Source of the DNA: the human T2T-CHM13v2.0 reference genome, Homo sapiens
Direction: 5' to 3' (one strand)
Length of the DNA: 64,000 nt
Assembly: GCF_009914755.1 (NCBI RefSeq)
Contig: NC_060938.1
Position numbers and translations under genes: made by a program. How positions within the stretch are numbered: the first letter of the stretch is position 1; each line of letters opens with the position of its first letter. The notes under the pieces are model-generated. The model searched no databases. It was not told where the DNA came from and worked only from the letters and a program-made list of their open reading frames with translations. Shown piece by piece: positions 29,216 to 45,128 of this stretch.

Positions 29216-29675
29216 CAGATAGACTCTGAAGTCTACTTCTACCTTAGAGGTAACCATACATTATACCGCTTAACCAGTCGTCACGGATGAACAGAAAGAT
29301 TTCGAGACAGCTGTTCCTTCAATACAAATGCATTAATGTCTCCTGTGTGCCAAGCGCAGCCTTTGTTCCCCTGGAACAAGTGACTTAGGCACTGATTTTC
29401 ACACTGAGGGTAAAAGCTCATCTGTGGATCATGAAATAATTTAGTAGATTGTGACCAGAAAAAAATTTTAATGATATTGAAATGAACAGAAATCACCGGA
29501 AAGTGAGTTTTGTTTCATGACTTTTTTCCACTTATATGTGTGTCACATGCATATGTCAGATACACAGGTGAGTGCTGGGTCACAGATTACTATGTACTTC
29601 TTATCCTGAGCTGCAGTCAGAAAGGGTAAAAGTCATGAGTCTAACAGAAGAGATAAATATTAGATAAGTAATTAA

Positions 29676-29926
<251 letters not shown>

Positions 29927-30922
29927 TTAAAAAATTGCCAAAATTGTCTAAATATAGATTATTAAATAAATTATGGTACAGCAATATAATGGAATTCTAT
30001 CCAGAAACTAAAATTATATTGTAGATAAGTAGTAACATGGAAACGTGCAAGATATATAGATAATAAGAAAAGTCAGATTATAAAACATATTAAAAAACAC
30101 ATACACATTTGCATGAAAAAGAACTAAAAAGGATAGTCATCAAGATATTCCTAGCTGTGGAAATTATATGAAAAAATATTTTCTTCTTTTGTTTTTCTGC
30201 ATTTTCTAAAATGAACATAATTACTTTTATAAGAGATATTTTATATACAATAAGATATATTCTTATATATGATATAAATTAAGGATTAGTATCAACAGTT
30301 AAATAACTGTTGCAAGCAATAATATTAAAATATTAAATGATTACTAATTAAAATGTTTAAATATATAAATATAATAAATCTGTAAAATATATTAAAATAA
30401 TAACACTAATTAATTAAATTAAATTAAATAATTAAATAATGTTAGGACAAGCTATTCAATAAAAAAATGAGCAAAGGATGGGAGCAAATAATTCCCATCC
30501 TTTGGAAGAGGATGGAAGAGGAAACTTTCTGCCAAATAAACACACCAAATGATGCTCAACCACTATCAGATGCAAATTAAAACAACAGATGCAGAGATTT
30601 TAGAATATTGCTTCGATCAGTTTCACAAACTGCTAACCCTGCCCTAGAAAGACAATTTTAAGAAAGTCCATTATATGACAATCTGGAATTTTAGAATGGA
30701 AATAATGAGTATTCACCTTACAAAGCAATAGGTTCACTCTACATATCACATATCAAACTGGCCCAGGGCACTTAATATGTGGTTTTATATATGCCTCAAC
30801 TTCCAAACGCCAAGAGACTGAAACACTGGCATTGATGAGCAGCTCTACAATATCACAAAATAAGTCATCAAATGAGGTACAAAGACTTCTCTAAAAAATA
30901 CAAAAAATTTTTAAATTTTATA

Positions 30923-31034
30923 AAGATTAAATAAGTAAACTTTAAAAATATTTAAAGCAGTACCTACCATATAAGCAATACATGTTTTTATTAAATAGAT
31001 AAATAAATAAATAAGAAATTCCTAGAAGTTGAAT
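30923..31034 (-). repeat. Right arm of local inverted duplication (partner 28944-29065)
   Basis: Matches the left arm in reverse complement; abuts a 37-bp near-perfect palindrome. Confidence 0.9.
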
Positions 31035-32319
31035 TTTTCCTATCTTAAATTTTAAATTTTAGATAGGAAAATAGCGTGTATAGATGTAACTGACACTTTT
31101 TCAGTGCTCTCTCTACACACACACATACACAAACCCACAGACACACTCACACACGTACTATATTAACCTCTTAGCATACATTATCTCATTCAATCCCTAC
31201 AACAACTTTATGAGTTGTAGTTATTACTTTAGCCCCATTTTTACTACAAGACAACTGAGGCTACAAGAGGTTAAGTAATGTGTCCCACAAACAGGGTAGA
31301 AGAGAAAGGATTTGAGCCCAGATCTCAATGCCTCCACAGTGCACAATCTCAGCCATGTGGGTAGTTACACACATATTGATATCTGGCAGTTAGTTGTGCT
31401 TGATGCTAATTAGAATGTAGTTTTTGGGGTCAGAAGGTTTTAAAAACGGGTCTGGGAATTACCGGCACTGGATATAGATTCTCTCGTTTCCAAGTGATGA
31501 CTTTCTTAGAGTACACATTCATAATGAATATGGTTATGAGTGGATTTTTCCCTGGTGAAAATGTAAATTTCATAAAAAAGTGTGTCTTGTTCTGGAGAGA
31601 ATTTTTGCAAGTGTACATGATAACAAGGAAGATTATCATGGTCTTTTTCTATGCTGATATGATTTAAATAAAAGAAGACCAAAATCATTGTCTTAGGCTC
31701 TTTCTGTAACATTATAAAATATGGTTATAATATATTTGGCCTGCAGACTTTAATATTATGTGTTACACCATAGTCATCAGAGTTTTGACAATAAGAGTAA
31801 TAATGAAAATAACAATAGTATTAATAACAGTAATCCACTAAGAAAATTATAAATGATAACCAAGTGTAAAAGCTGCCTATTGGAAATAGATACTTGTGAA
31901 TGGAAGATGAACTTCAAGTTTTTAATTTTATTGTTTCTGGGAGATAGGGTCTATCTCTGCAGGACCTGACAACTGGAAAATATGAATCACTTGGAATGGA
32001 ACGCAAGCCATAATTGTCATTCTCGATGGTTTCCAATAGTAATGGTACTAGCACTTGTGTTAACTATACCATTTTAGCAGTGGCTATTAGTTGCATTAGT
32101 GGTAGCGATGACGACTGTGTTTCATTTCAACAGTTGGCCAACATCTTTCATGTGTACTCATTTGTCTGAGATTCCCTTGTTTCTCCTATCCTCATTTTCT
32201 CTTTGCCCTGATTCCTTCATTTTTATATTTTATCCATTTTACAAACTACCTAAAATAATTTAGGAAATAAGATCAAAATAAGTGCACGCATAAAGAGCCA
32301 AACGTTCTCATCTCATAAG

Positions 32320-32560
32320 TCAGGGTTAATTTTTCTCCCTTTAGACACAGAGGTCCAGTGTAAATGGCTTGGCTAATGGCTTATAAGTGGCTCCTGAGTG
32401 GGAGTTGAGGATTAAGGTCTCAGGTGCTGACATGATGACACTAGACCACTTCTTTGTATTGGCAGAAAATTGAGCACAATTGCCCTTACTTCCTAATTTA
32501 TTCTTTCGTAGTATAAAGTTGCAGCCATTTCTAATCAAGCCTTGTAGACTGTGGTCATCG
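32320..32560. promoter_or_regulatory. Candidate enhancer (homeodomain/Nkx/Pitx/TALE motif cluster)
   Basis: Repeat-free; TAATGG 32374, TAAGTGG 32384, GGATTA 32409, CAGGTG 32421, TGACA x2, ACAAT 32476. Confidence 0.35.
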
Positions 32561-32723
32561 GAGAAAAACTGGAAGGGTGAACAGAGCAGAGGATGACTTT
32601 AGTGTGTGTTCTGTGTAGACAACTGTTTTTAACACAAAATCTCTTTTGTTTCATGTTTTTATATGAACTCCTGAAAGTGATGATTGCTTATGTTGCCTGT
32701 CAGGTTATAACACAGGGTTTTAA

Positions 32724-32771
<48 letters not shown>
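32724..32771 (+). repeat. (CA)n microsatellite, 20 uninterrupted units
   Basis: Pure CA at 32731-32770. Confidence 0.97.
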
Positions 32772-32775
<4 letters not shown>

Positions 32776-33309
32776 TATGCCATTACAACAGGTAATTAAG
32801 CAATTGTTAAATATATTTTCAGTGAATCTACCAGAGCAAATGAAATTTTAATAGACAACAACATTATAGCAACTAAATATGTAAATAAAATAAAATAAGG
32901 CAAATTACTAAAATATTTCCCCCCTCCCTCTGCCCAGTTTCATCAAACCCACTACTTATTGGGTACTGCATGGTTGAGGTAGAACCATGGTTTATGGCCA
33001 TTGCTGGTGTCCCTGGGGCCAGAGCAATGAGTGGCAATATGAAATAGAACCCCAATTAGTCCAGAATGTGGTTCTGATTCACTGTCCTCACCACCATGTT
33101 GGGATAGAAGTAAAGAGTAGGTATAGATCGCCTAAAGAAAAAAGGGGGTGTCTTTATGTTCAGGGAAAAGGTGTAAGAAGAGCAAGAGCTGAGAGGCTGC
33201 CTTCAACACTGCTGCTGCTTCAGCTCATTTTTTATCTTTTCATCCCTCCCTCAGAGTTTTCAAAGCTGGAGCTCAAATTCAGGTCTAAGCTAATAGAGAG
33301 AGGGAAGGC

Positions 33310-33745
33310 AGGAGGTTAAACCAAACTGTTAACTGTGTCTCTTCAAAACTGACATTTAATACAGGGTGTAAATCACTAGGGGGGCCTGTTATTCCTTCAG
33401 GAATGCAATTACATAGGGTCAAATAAAACATGAAAGAAACCAACAAGTTTTAAAATGTAGTATGTTCTCAAAAGTAGGCAAGAAGGAATGTGAAGCAGTC
33501 CAAATATGCTAACACTCCCTGCTGTCCTATAGGAGAGGATTACAAGGAGAGGTTTCTGCTCTTTAATGATTATGTGGTTAAGCAGGAGTATGGGAGCACG
33601 TCACCCAGCCCGGCCACTTCACACTGGACTCTCGGCTTTCTGCAGATCCCTGCATTCATTCAACGCAGGTGTAGGCCCTGCTGCCTCGCCAATTACCATT
33701 ACAGTCCTATTACCAGGACTGCCTCCACTTAACACTTTTGAAAAT
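33310..33745. promoter_or_regulatory. Candidate enhancer (Pitx-type, Msx-type, Runx and T-box motifs)
   Basis: Repeat-free; GGATTA 33537, TAATGATTA 33564, TGTGGTT 33573, AGGTGT 33667, CAATTAC 33690; five CpGs within ~100 bp. Confidence 0.45.
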
Positions 33746-33757
33746 GTTTATATGTGA

Positions 33758-34141
<384 letters not shown>

Positions 34142-34396
34142 TAAAAACCAAAACACCAGCAGAATCCTTATTCTGTGACTTTGAAGATAGACAAAAATTT
34201 AATGTTGGACTTTTGCTAAAGGTTTTCCAGTGGTTATGGCTACCTGTAATTTGCGTAGTGCTAATTTCTTCCATGGGGCAGGGTGGAGGGTGGGCTTATG
34301 TTGATATTTTGGGATGTGTCTGTTAACAGTTTGGAGTGTTTCAAACAATTGGATGCCTTAAAACCTTGGGTTTTTCAGTTTAACATCCTCATGAAC

Positions 34397-34456
34397 TAGG
34401 GTGACCAACTCATCCCAGTTTGCCTAGGGCTTCCTGGATTTTAGCACTGAAAGTCC
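34397..34456. mobile_element. MER81-like hAT-Blackjack fragment
   Basis: tagggtgaccaactcatcccagtttgcc...ttttagcactgaaagtcc. Confidence 0.7.
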
Positions 34457-35599
34457 TACCTATGTGTAATCAATCATTTTTTTTTTTAAAGTCTTGCTTT
34501 TAAATGTACATGGTAGAAACTGTGTATAGATTGTGTGAGGAGAGGAGATGGCTGGGAAGGGGCACTGGAATTACAACTATACTAATTATAAAAGAATTTG
34601 AACAAAACAGACGGGTCATCTGGGTTCAAATTCCTGTATAATCACTGATTTTTATAAGCTAGCTCTCACTTCTCCAAGAAAAATACAGTTTCAAATGAGT
34701 CATGATTAAAACTTGATTTTTCTTATCTTTCTTACAAAATGAATCAAACTACACAGCCAAGTTCTCAGAGTCTAATTCCAAAAGGTGCAGATCCTATCAC
34801 TTTGGTTTAGTTGGCTGAATCTTAGGAGCCCCTTCCTGTACCTTTCTCCCTACACTCTCAACCAAGCAATGGTGGCCTGAGGCTGGTTCTTATGAATCCT
34901 CCCTCCAGGAGCTGCTGCAGAGGGTGAGCCAGGCCACCTCCTGCACACTGACTATGATGTCACAACTGGGTATGTCTCTGAGGTGCACCATTTCCCAAGC
35001 TCATTCCTACATCAGCAATTATTCTACAGGCTCCCAGATCTTTCTGGAAATCCTTTGTCAACTCCACAAATTGCATGGCTGCCCCCAGCCCATGAGATAC
35101 ACCATTTTGATGGAAAGCTGAGTTATCAAAATCTTAGGGCTCAGTTCAGCTCCTGAAAGCAGCAGAACTCTGAGGAGTCTGAAGAATAGAGGAAAACTAA
35201 GTTCACCTTATATGTTTCTCTAAGTCCTTTGGCTTTTTACTTGAAGAATCCATATTCTGTTTTTGTGGTATTTCCTTTTCTGTATAAAGGATACTGAGTG
35301 GTTTTATTTCACCAAAAATAACACAAAGTAAAGTAAAAAGTAGTAATAATTCAAGTTTTCTCTCTTGACTTATGATTTATGCCTCTTTCCTTAGTGATTC
35401 CCCTTTCCTGTGCTTAAAATTCATCTGTTCAGATCAGACATACTGTAAATATCAATCTTTAAACTTTGTCAAAGACAAGGAAATTGATGGTAGACAGCTA
35501 GAACAAATAAGTACTCAAAGACTAAAGGAAGAGACTTGGAAGGGTAGAAAGGTGCCTCCCTGCAATTTTCAAAGGAGCATGAGGTATGTGCTGGGGACA

Positions 35600-36140
35600 A
35601 GAACACGGCCTTGGGAAGCAAACAGATCTGGGTTTGAATTCCAGCCCAGGCACTTATTAACTAAGTGATCTAGGACAAGATACTTCATCTCTGCAAATTT
35701 CAGTTCCTTATCTGTCCCACGGGATAATTCTAGTTTTTATATGAGCATAGGAAATGATATATGTAAAGCACCCCAAACACAGTAAATGTCTAATAAGTAG
35801 TAGCTATTATTACCAAGGTGATAGATTTAACAGGAAAAAGCGACCCCTGGCAACACCCCAGTGTGTTGCATGCCACAGCGCCCTCAGTGTTTTCACTGCT
35901 GGGTTTCTTCCCTAATGGACATCTCTAGGAACTCTGAGCTCTTAATCTCAGCCTTCCACCCACACTCCCTAACTAGCCTCAGGCAAATCACTTATCTGAC
36001 TCAATTGCTTCATCTGTAAAGAGGAGGAAAATAATATTTACCTTCCTCAGAGGAATGTTGGGAGAATTAATGAATGCTTGCAAAGTACCCCGAGATGTAC
36101 AGATGAAAGGCAGTATAGAATTGCAAAGTATTATTATAAA
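35600..36140 (+). mobile_element. Two MIR copies
   Basis: atctgggtttgaattccagc...; aggcaaatcacttatctgactcaattgcttcatctgtaaa. Confidence 0.7.
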
Positions 36141-36494
36141 TATTAGTGTTATTTTGACACATTTGCATGCCTGCATGCATGTGTGGGCAAATTTGCACCT
36201 GAGAGCCTCGGATCAAAGGGTGTCACTTTCAAGTATCATCCTATGAGTACCTCTGGCAGCCCATGGACATCTATGTCTGTGCAATTTATACACAGTACAA
36301 CAGTCCCATAAACGAGAATTTGCCCAGAAAAAGAAACACTGCATTGGGTAACTGGTATAAAATCAACCATAGCCCATGGTTAGGTCCTTTCCTTCTTTGG
36401 CAGTGCCATGATCCTTCCAGCTGCCCATAAGGATGAAAACCTGACTATGTGATCAGCTCCCTAAAAGCAGTGAAGTGCAATTCTTTAATCTTTT

Positions 36495-36620
36495 GTTTTC
36501 ATGTTTTTGTAAACAAGGTCTCGCTATTTTGTCCAGGCTGATCTCGAACTCCTGGCCTCAAGCAAACTTCCTACCTCAGACTCCCAAAGTTCTGGATTAC
36601 AGGCATGAGCCATCACATCC
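36495..36620 (-). mobile_element. FLAM/AluJ left-arm monomer
   Basis: ctcgaactcctggcctcaagc...ggattacaggcatgagcc. Confidence 0.8.
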
Positions 36621-37558
36621 ATTCTGAAGTATAACTCTTTCTCAGACTTCTTTATTTTTCAACTGAAAAAAATGACCTTGAGCCTCAAAGAGTTTGTTCC
36701 CAAATGAACTACATCTACTTGCAAAGCACACACCATAAAATCAGATTGCAAAGAAACACCTTCTCCAAAGTTGCAATTGCTCTCACAGCCATGTTCTCCC
36801 CCTCAGCAGGGCCAAGTTTTGCCTCTTGCTGCTCTCCTCCTCTTCTCTGCTTCCTCCCATTTGTCCCCACTCCCACCAACTCACTCCCCTCCCCACTAAG
36901 TGGTATGAGGTATGATTACTACAACACTATTCACTAAAATAGGACATCACATAACTCCCAGGAGACCAATTCTGTGGCCTGTGCTTTCAGGAATACAAGA
37001 GTAAGAGCCAGTGGAAGTTACATGAGATAATTAGAAATCCCTCATGCCTCAGACTGAGCCCTCAGCAGACATTCCTGCCTGTGTGATGATGTGGCCTCCT
37101 CCTCAGATTCCAGAAGAGTAGCATATGGGCATGAGCAAGACATATGTCTGATCTCTGCTGCAAATTTTGCATCCTGGCAAGAGACAGCAAGGCTTATTCC
37201 AGACCCCAATTCTCATTCCTGCTCCAGCCATCATAAACACCTGCTGACACCAATGAAGAACAAGCCTGTAATCCTCATAAAAGAACACTCTTGAACCCTA
37301 GAAACCAGGGGAAGTAATGAATGCTAGCTTTTAAACTGTCATACTTTCTGCTCCTGAGCTAGATTGGACACTGAGGAAGCAGGTGACTGCTTTTGAGGTA
37401 TGGCTAGAGTGTACACAGGCCTCCCTGTTGCTAATATCTCCTTCCACTAGCTGAGCAGATGGCCTGAAGTCCCTACAAGTTGTGGTTGAGACACTGTCTC
37501 TGCAAGGCCATATTTAGAATGGTAATACGATACCTGAAAATCAACATTTTAAATCATT

Positions 37559-37640
37559 CCGGTGGTGTGCTGGAACTAGCTCACAGCAGTTCGCGAGAGA
37601 CAACCATGTTCATCTCTCCCCACCTCTATGGGTGAAAAAG
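37559..37640. mobile_element. MER63-like hAT fragment
   Basis: ggtggtgtgctggaactagctcacagcagttcgcgagag resembles the MER63 terminus. Confidence 0.5.
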
Positions 37641-38087
37641 TGTGCACCTTTACTGCACACTACTGATTAGCAATCACTTTCATCCATTATCACTTGATCA
37701 CAGATGAGTGTATGCTATTAAGAAGGAATGAAGTCCAGGTTGGTTTTGAGGTTGGGAAGCGAATGAAAATATTGGGAGGCACAAAGAGCTCCCTGGGAAG
37801 GAAGGTGAACATGGAGGGAAGAGGCCATTATTGCCAAGAATCTGGGAGCAGCCACAGGTACTGGGTGCCTTGGGGAGCAAGGACCAGGATGCCTGCTTCA
37901 AGGTTTTGCCAAAGGTGGGCTAGCCTTGTGCGTTTTAGCAGCAAGTAGAGGATGCAGCAATCTTCACATTCCCTAGGATGTTAGGAGAAAAAAAAATTCT
38001 GGGTTTCAGGCCCTTTGTGGCCCTAGCGACCTGTATAATCTCTCTCTGAGCCCCAATTTCCTTCATTATAAAATGAAAACAACAGTA

Positions 38088-38391
38088 CAGTTATCTCTTG
38101 GTATCTGCTGGGAATTGTTTCCAGGACTCATACTGATGCCAAAATCGGCAGATGCTCAAGTCCCCGATATATGATGGTGTAGTGTTTCCATAAAACCTAT
38201 GCACATCTTCCTGTATACCTTAAATCATCTCTAGGTTACTATAATACCTAATACACTGTAAATGCTATGTAAAGAGTTGTTATGCCTTGTTTTTTTGTAT
38301 TATTTTTATTGCTGTAGTTGTGTTCAATATTTTCAATCTGTGCTTGGTTGAATCTGTGGATGAGGAACTCACGGATACAGAGGGCCAGCTG
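38088..38391. mobile_element. MER2 (TcMar-Tigger MITE) inserted into a MIR
   Basis: TIR-like ends cagttatctcttggtatctg / cggatacagagggccagctg; typical MER2 body. Confidence 0.85.
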
Positions 38392-38465
38392 AACTAATGT
38401 AATAGGATTTTTGAAGGATTTGGGGAAATAATGTCTGTAAAGTACTTGCTCCTAATCATGTTTCT

Positions 38466-40377
<1,912 letters not shown>

Positions 40378-40662
40378 CTATTTCTCAACAGTATTTATCA
40401 TGATCATCAATCAATCTGGACCTGAAGCCCTCAACTCGCCTGGCTTCTGAAACTCCACACTCTTGGTTTTCTTTCTATTCCTCTGATCCTGCCTCTACTG
40501 GGTCTTTCTTCTCTACCCTTTCTTGGCTTAATCTGGAGCCTCTTTCCCTTTCTCTTGTTTCCTGGCACAGCTTCATTAAGCAATCTCATCTAGTTCCATG
40601 GATTAAAATGGTCTCTTTATGCTGATGACTACTAGACTCCAAGAATTATCCTCTGTCTTGAC

Positions 40663-40850
40663 CAGTGGTTCTTAAAGTGGGAACCCTGGACCAGTAGCAT
40701 CAGCATCACCTGGAAACTTGTTAGAACTGCAAATTCTCTGACTCCACCCAGCCCTTCTTAATCAGAAACTCTGAAGGTAGGGCCCAGCAGTCTGTATGTT
40801 AACGAGCTCTCCAGCTGATTGTGATGCACATTGAAGTTGAAGAACAACTG
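40663..40850. mobile_element. MER5A hAT-Charlie MITE
   Basis: TIRs cagtggttctt / agaacaactg; degenerate 8-bp TSD gtcttgac / ctctagac. Confidence 0.9.
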
Positions 40851-41588
40851 CTCTAGACTAACATATTTAATGGCCTCATTTCCATCTCTCCTTGTATGTC
40901 TCACGGAAATATAAATCTTCACACATCCAGTTTCATGTCTTTTTTCTCTCTCAACTTCCTCAGCCCACATCTAATCCATTAGTAAATATTGCTAATTCTA
41001 TCTCCAATTTATATAAAAAAGTACCAGTTTCTCCACAATTCTATCACCACCACTATAATTAGAAGCACCATCTTACTTTTTCATGCAAGACCAATGCAAC
41101 ATTTTCTACTTATTCCCAACTTGTCCCCCTCCAACCCCAATCTCCATACTGCAAGCAAGCAAGGTCTTTTAAAAATGTAATTTGGCTCCTCCATCCTAAA
41201 ACACTCTAAGTGGTTTTCCCTTAGACCTAGAATAGGATCCAAACTCCATACCATGGTCTCCAAGGCCCTACCCGATTTGAGTCAGGTCCATTCCTCCATT
41301 ACTTCACCTAGTGGCAGCCTCTCCCTCTCCTACTGCATCCCAGATGCACTGGTTTTCTCTCTTAGTTCCCTGGAGAAGCCAGCTGCTTTCTGCCTCAGAG
41401 ACTATGCCCTTTTCTTTGGAACTTTCCTTCTCATCCTGTGAATGGCTGGCTCAGCCGCTCAGCCCCGCAGTCTCAGCTTAAATGTCACTTCCTTTTATGT
41501 GCTTTTTACCACCTATATTTTCCTCCACAACCCACTATTCTCAATCATCACCTTTTTATTTCCTTCCTAGCATGTCCACAATTTGTAA

Positions 41589-42068
<480 letters not shown>

Positions 42069-43825
42069 TGATGTAATCACTCTTATTAGCATGTGAAAAG
42101 GAGGTGGGGGAGACACCCTGTCAGGCCTTTTGGAGCTCCTAGGTGCTGGATCCTAAATCACAAGAAGTCAAAGCCTCACTTAAGTTTTGTGTTCCTGTGT
42201 GCACAGCCCTGAGCTAATAGGAGGCAACCACTGTCCGCAAGGAGCATCCCTTCTAGATGGGAACACAAGGTGAGACATACATGCGTGCAAACACTGGAGA
42301 GCAAGTGAAGACAGACACAATCAGAGGTAAGACTAATTGGTCCAAAATCTAAATATCATGGGAATTTTGGGGCAGGACCGATAACAGGGCACTAGGATAG
42401 GTGAGAAAAATGAGAAATTGGCAATAGGGCAATTTCCTCATGTGAGCTCCTCATGGGCATGAGATATGTCTTTTTGTTATTCTGTTAAATACCTGTTTTG
42501 TTTTGCTTAAGGGCATAACTTCAAGTAGATAAAGAATGTGTCCATCCCTAAGGAAATCAGGGCCACCAGTCTAGCTAGGAAGCCTCCTTTCTTTTTCTAA
42601 GGAAACAGTCTGCAAGCAGCATAGTCAGCTGTGAGGATGAGGGCAAGGACAGCATTGTGTATAACACAGTGTAGCCTTTTTACTCAGGTGGCTAATGCAA
42701 TCCACAGAAGAACTTAAAAGATTCAGAAATGACAAAGCTAGCTTATGACAAAAACAGTCAAGAACTTTCCTCGCTTCCTCTCCTTCTTCCCCCTGTTTGG
42801 GCCCTACATAGCAATCTGAAAGAGAAGGAGAAATACTACACAGGTAAGAGGAAAAGGACAATGATCGCTTTTCCACCAGGAAGGGCCAGCCTAAAGCAGA
42901 ACTCAACTGCGAGAGGAGAGACGACTTAACAGCACACATGTTCAAAGTTTGATTCTTACATAGGACTGGACAATTAATTACTTAACTAATTAATAGAGGG
43001 TGTGATTATGACATAAAGTGACTGTAGGATTTTTGTTTCCTAAGCTAATGGTGAAGTAATGGGACCTACTTGAATTTTTATCCAGAATGTGGGAGTGGGG
43101 CTAGCTCTGATGAATGAATGTTAAAACTTTATGTGTCCTGCTTGAGTAAAATACTAAAGAATGAAAAAATAACAAATATATGAATGAATAAACCAAAGCA
43201 CAAAAATCCCACAGGTGAAGATGTCTAAGATGGTGGAGACAATTCCAGATGCTGGATCTTCCCTCTTGTCTGTTCTACCTGCTAAAGGAGCTCAGAGGTA
43301 AAGCCAGGGGAACACCTAAGAAGAGCATGGATTTATTTTATTAATTATTTAGCCAAAAGCTATGATGGTAGAACAACTTTTGAAGTAAAGAAGCCAGGTA
43401 ACTATAACAACAACCCTCTTCTTCAATATTCCAGTCCAACTACCCTTCCAAGAGATGACCTGGAGTCAGTAGTTTGGCCTATAACCTTCTAGTGCTTCAC
43501 TATACTTTTATACACATATATAGACATGAAGCCACATATATTATGGAGTGTGTTTGCATTTTTAATGGGTTCATAATACATGTTATTCAATATTTGTTTT
43601 CACTGAACATGTGTTTTGCTTTTCACTGAATGTACATTATTCCACAACAGTGATGGCTCATAATTTAGCCAACCACAATTCTACTGATAGACATTTAAGT
43701 TGTGTTTAATTTTTACCAATGTGATGCCATGGGATTTTTAACATATCTGTTTACATGTGCAAACATTTCTTCAACACAGATTTCTAAAAATGAAAGTTTT
43801 AGATCAGAGATTTAAATGTATGTAT

Positions 43826-43964
43826 TTTAACTTTTATTTTATAGAGATGGGGGTCTCACTATATTGCCCAGGAGGGATGGTCTTGAACTCCTGAACTCAA
43901 GCAATCCTCCCACCTTGGCCTCCCAAAGTGCTGGAATTACAGGCATGAGCCACTGCACCTGGCC
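43826..43964 (-). mobile_element. FLAM_C/AluJ left monomer
   Basis: Reverse left-arm sequence. Confidence 0.85.
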
Positions 43965-45128
43965 TTATTTTAAATTTAGATGGATACCTATCAAGACTGA
44001 CTGAGGGTTTCACTCCCCCACACACTTGCTAATGCTGGATATTAACAAGCTATAAATTTTTTCCAATCTCCTGAGTAGAAACTGATAACTCAGTGTTGTT
44101 TTTATTTGTATTCCCCTCACTAGGAGCAAGGCTGACCATCTTTTCATGTTTGTGGACCATTTGTACTTTTCAGCTGTTCATATTCTTTACCCATTTTTCC
44201 ATTGGATTGTTCATCTTTTAAACATCATGGGTAGGATGTTTTTATGTTGGATACTAGTTGTGAGTTACATGCTTGACAAATGTTTTTTCCCAGCTTATCA
44301 TTTACGCTTTCTTTTTAACTTTTAAGACAGCATCTTTTATTGAGGAGAAATGTATGTGGAAAAAAGTGATATTTTTTCCTTTATGTATTATAGATTTTGT
44401 ATGCTGCTTAAGAAGACCTTACCCCAATGAAATATTTCCTCATCTTTCCATCTAATACTCTTGCAATTTTGTTTTTCAAGTTGAAGTTTTTAATTCATTT
44501 GAAATTTATCGTAGTATAAAGTAGGTATCTGTATTTTTCCAAAAACTTCCAACACCATTTATTGATAGTTCACACTTTTCTGTCTGGTTAGAAATGCCAT
44601 TTTTATTATAAACCAAATTGCAATTCATGTATTAGTCTGTTTGAAGAATTTCTGTTCTGTTCAATTGATAACTTTATATAGGAGCTAACAGCGCATTAAT
44701 TACTACAGCTTTTTAGAATACTTTGATGTTGGATAGGTCAAGTTCCATTTCATTTATCTTCACTCATTTAAAAAAATCTGGTATGTTGAGAATCAGGTTT
44801 TCAAATTTCATAAAAATGAGAATTTCATCAACTTTCTTAATTTGGGAATGATATGAGAGCTTTACAGTGTTAAGCCTTCCCACCCAGAAGACTTCCACAA
44901 TTTCCATCTTTACTTATTGAGATCTTTTATGTCTTTGGGTAGAGTTCTCAAGTATTCTTTATATAGGTTTTGCACATTTCTTAACAGGTTTACTGCTGGT
45001 ATTTTATAGTTTATGCTGCCATTGCTATTACATTTCTTAACTGCTGGTGTAGAGATTCTACAAATATCTTGTATCCAGACATTTTATTACACACTCCTTT
45101 AACTGATTCTTTTGCTTCTCTAGGCAGA

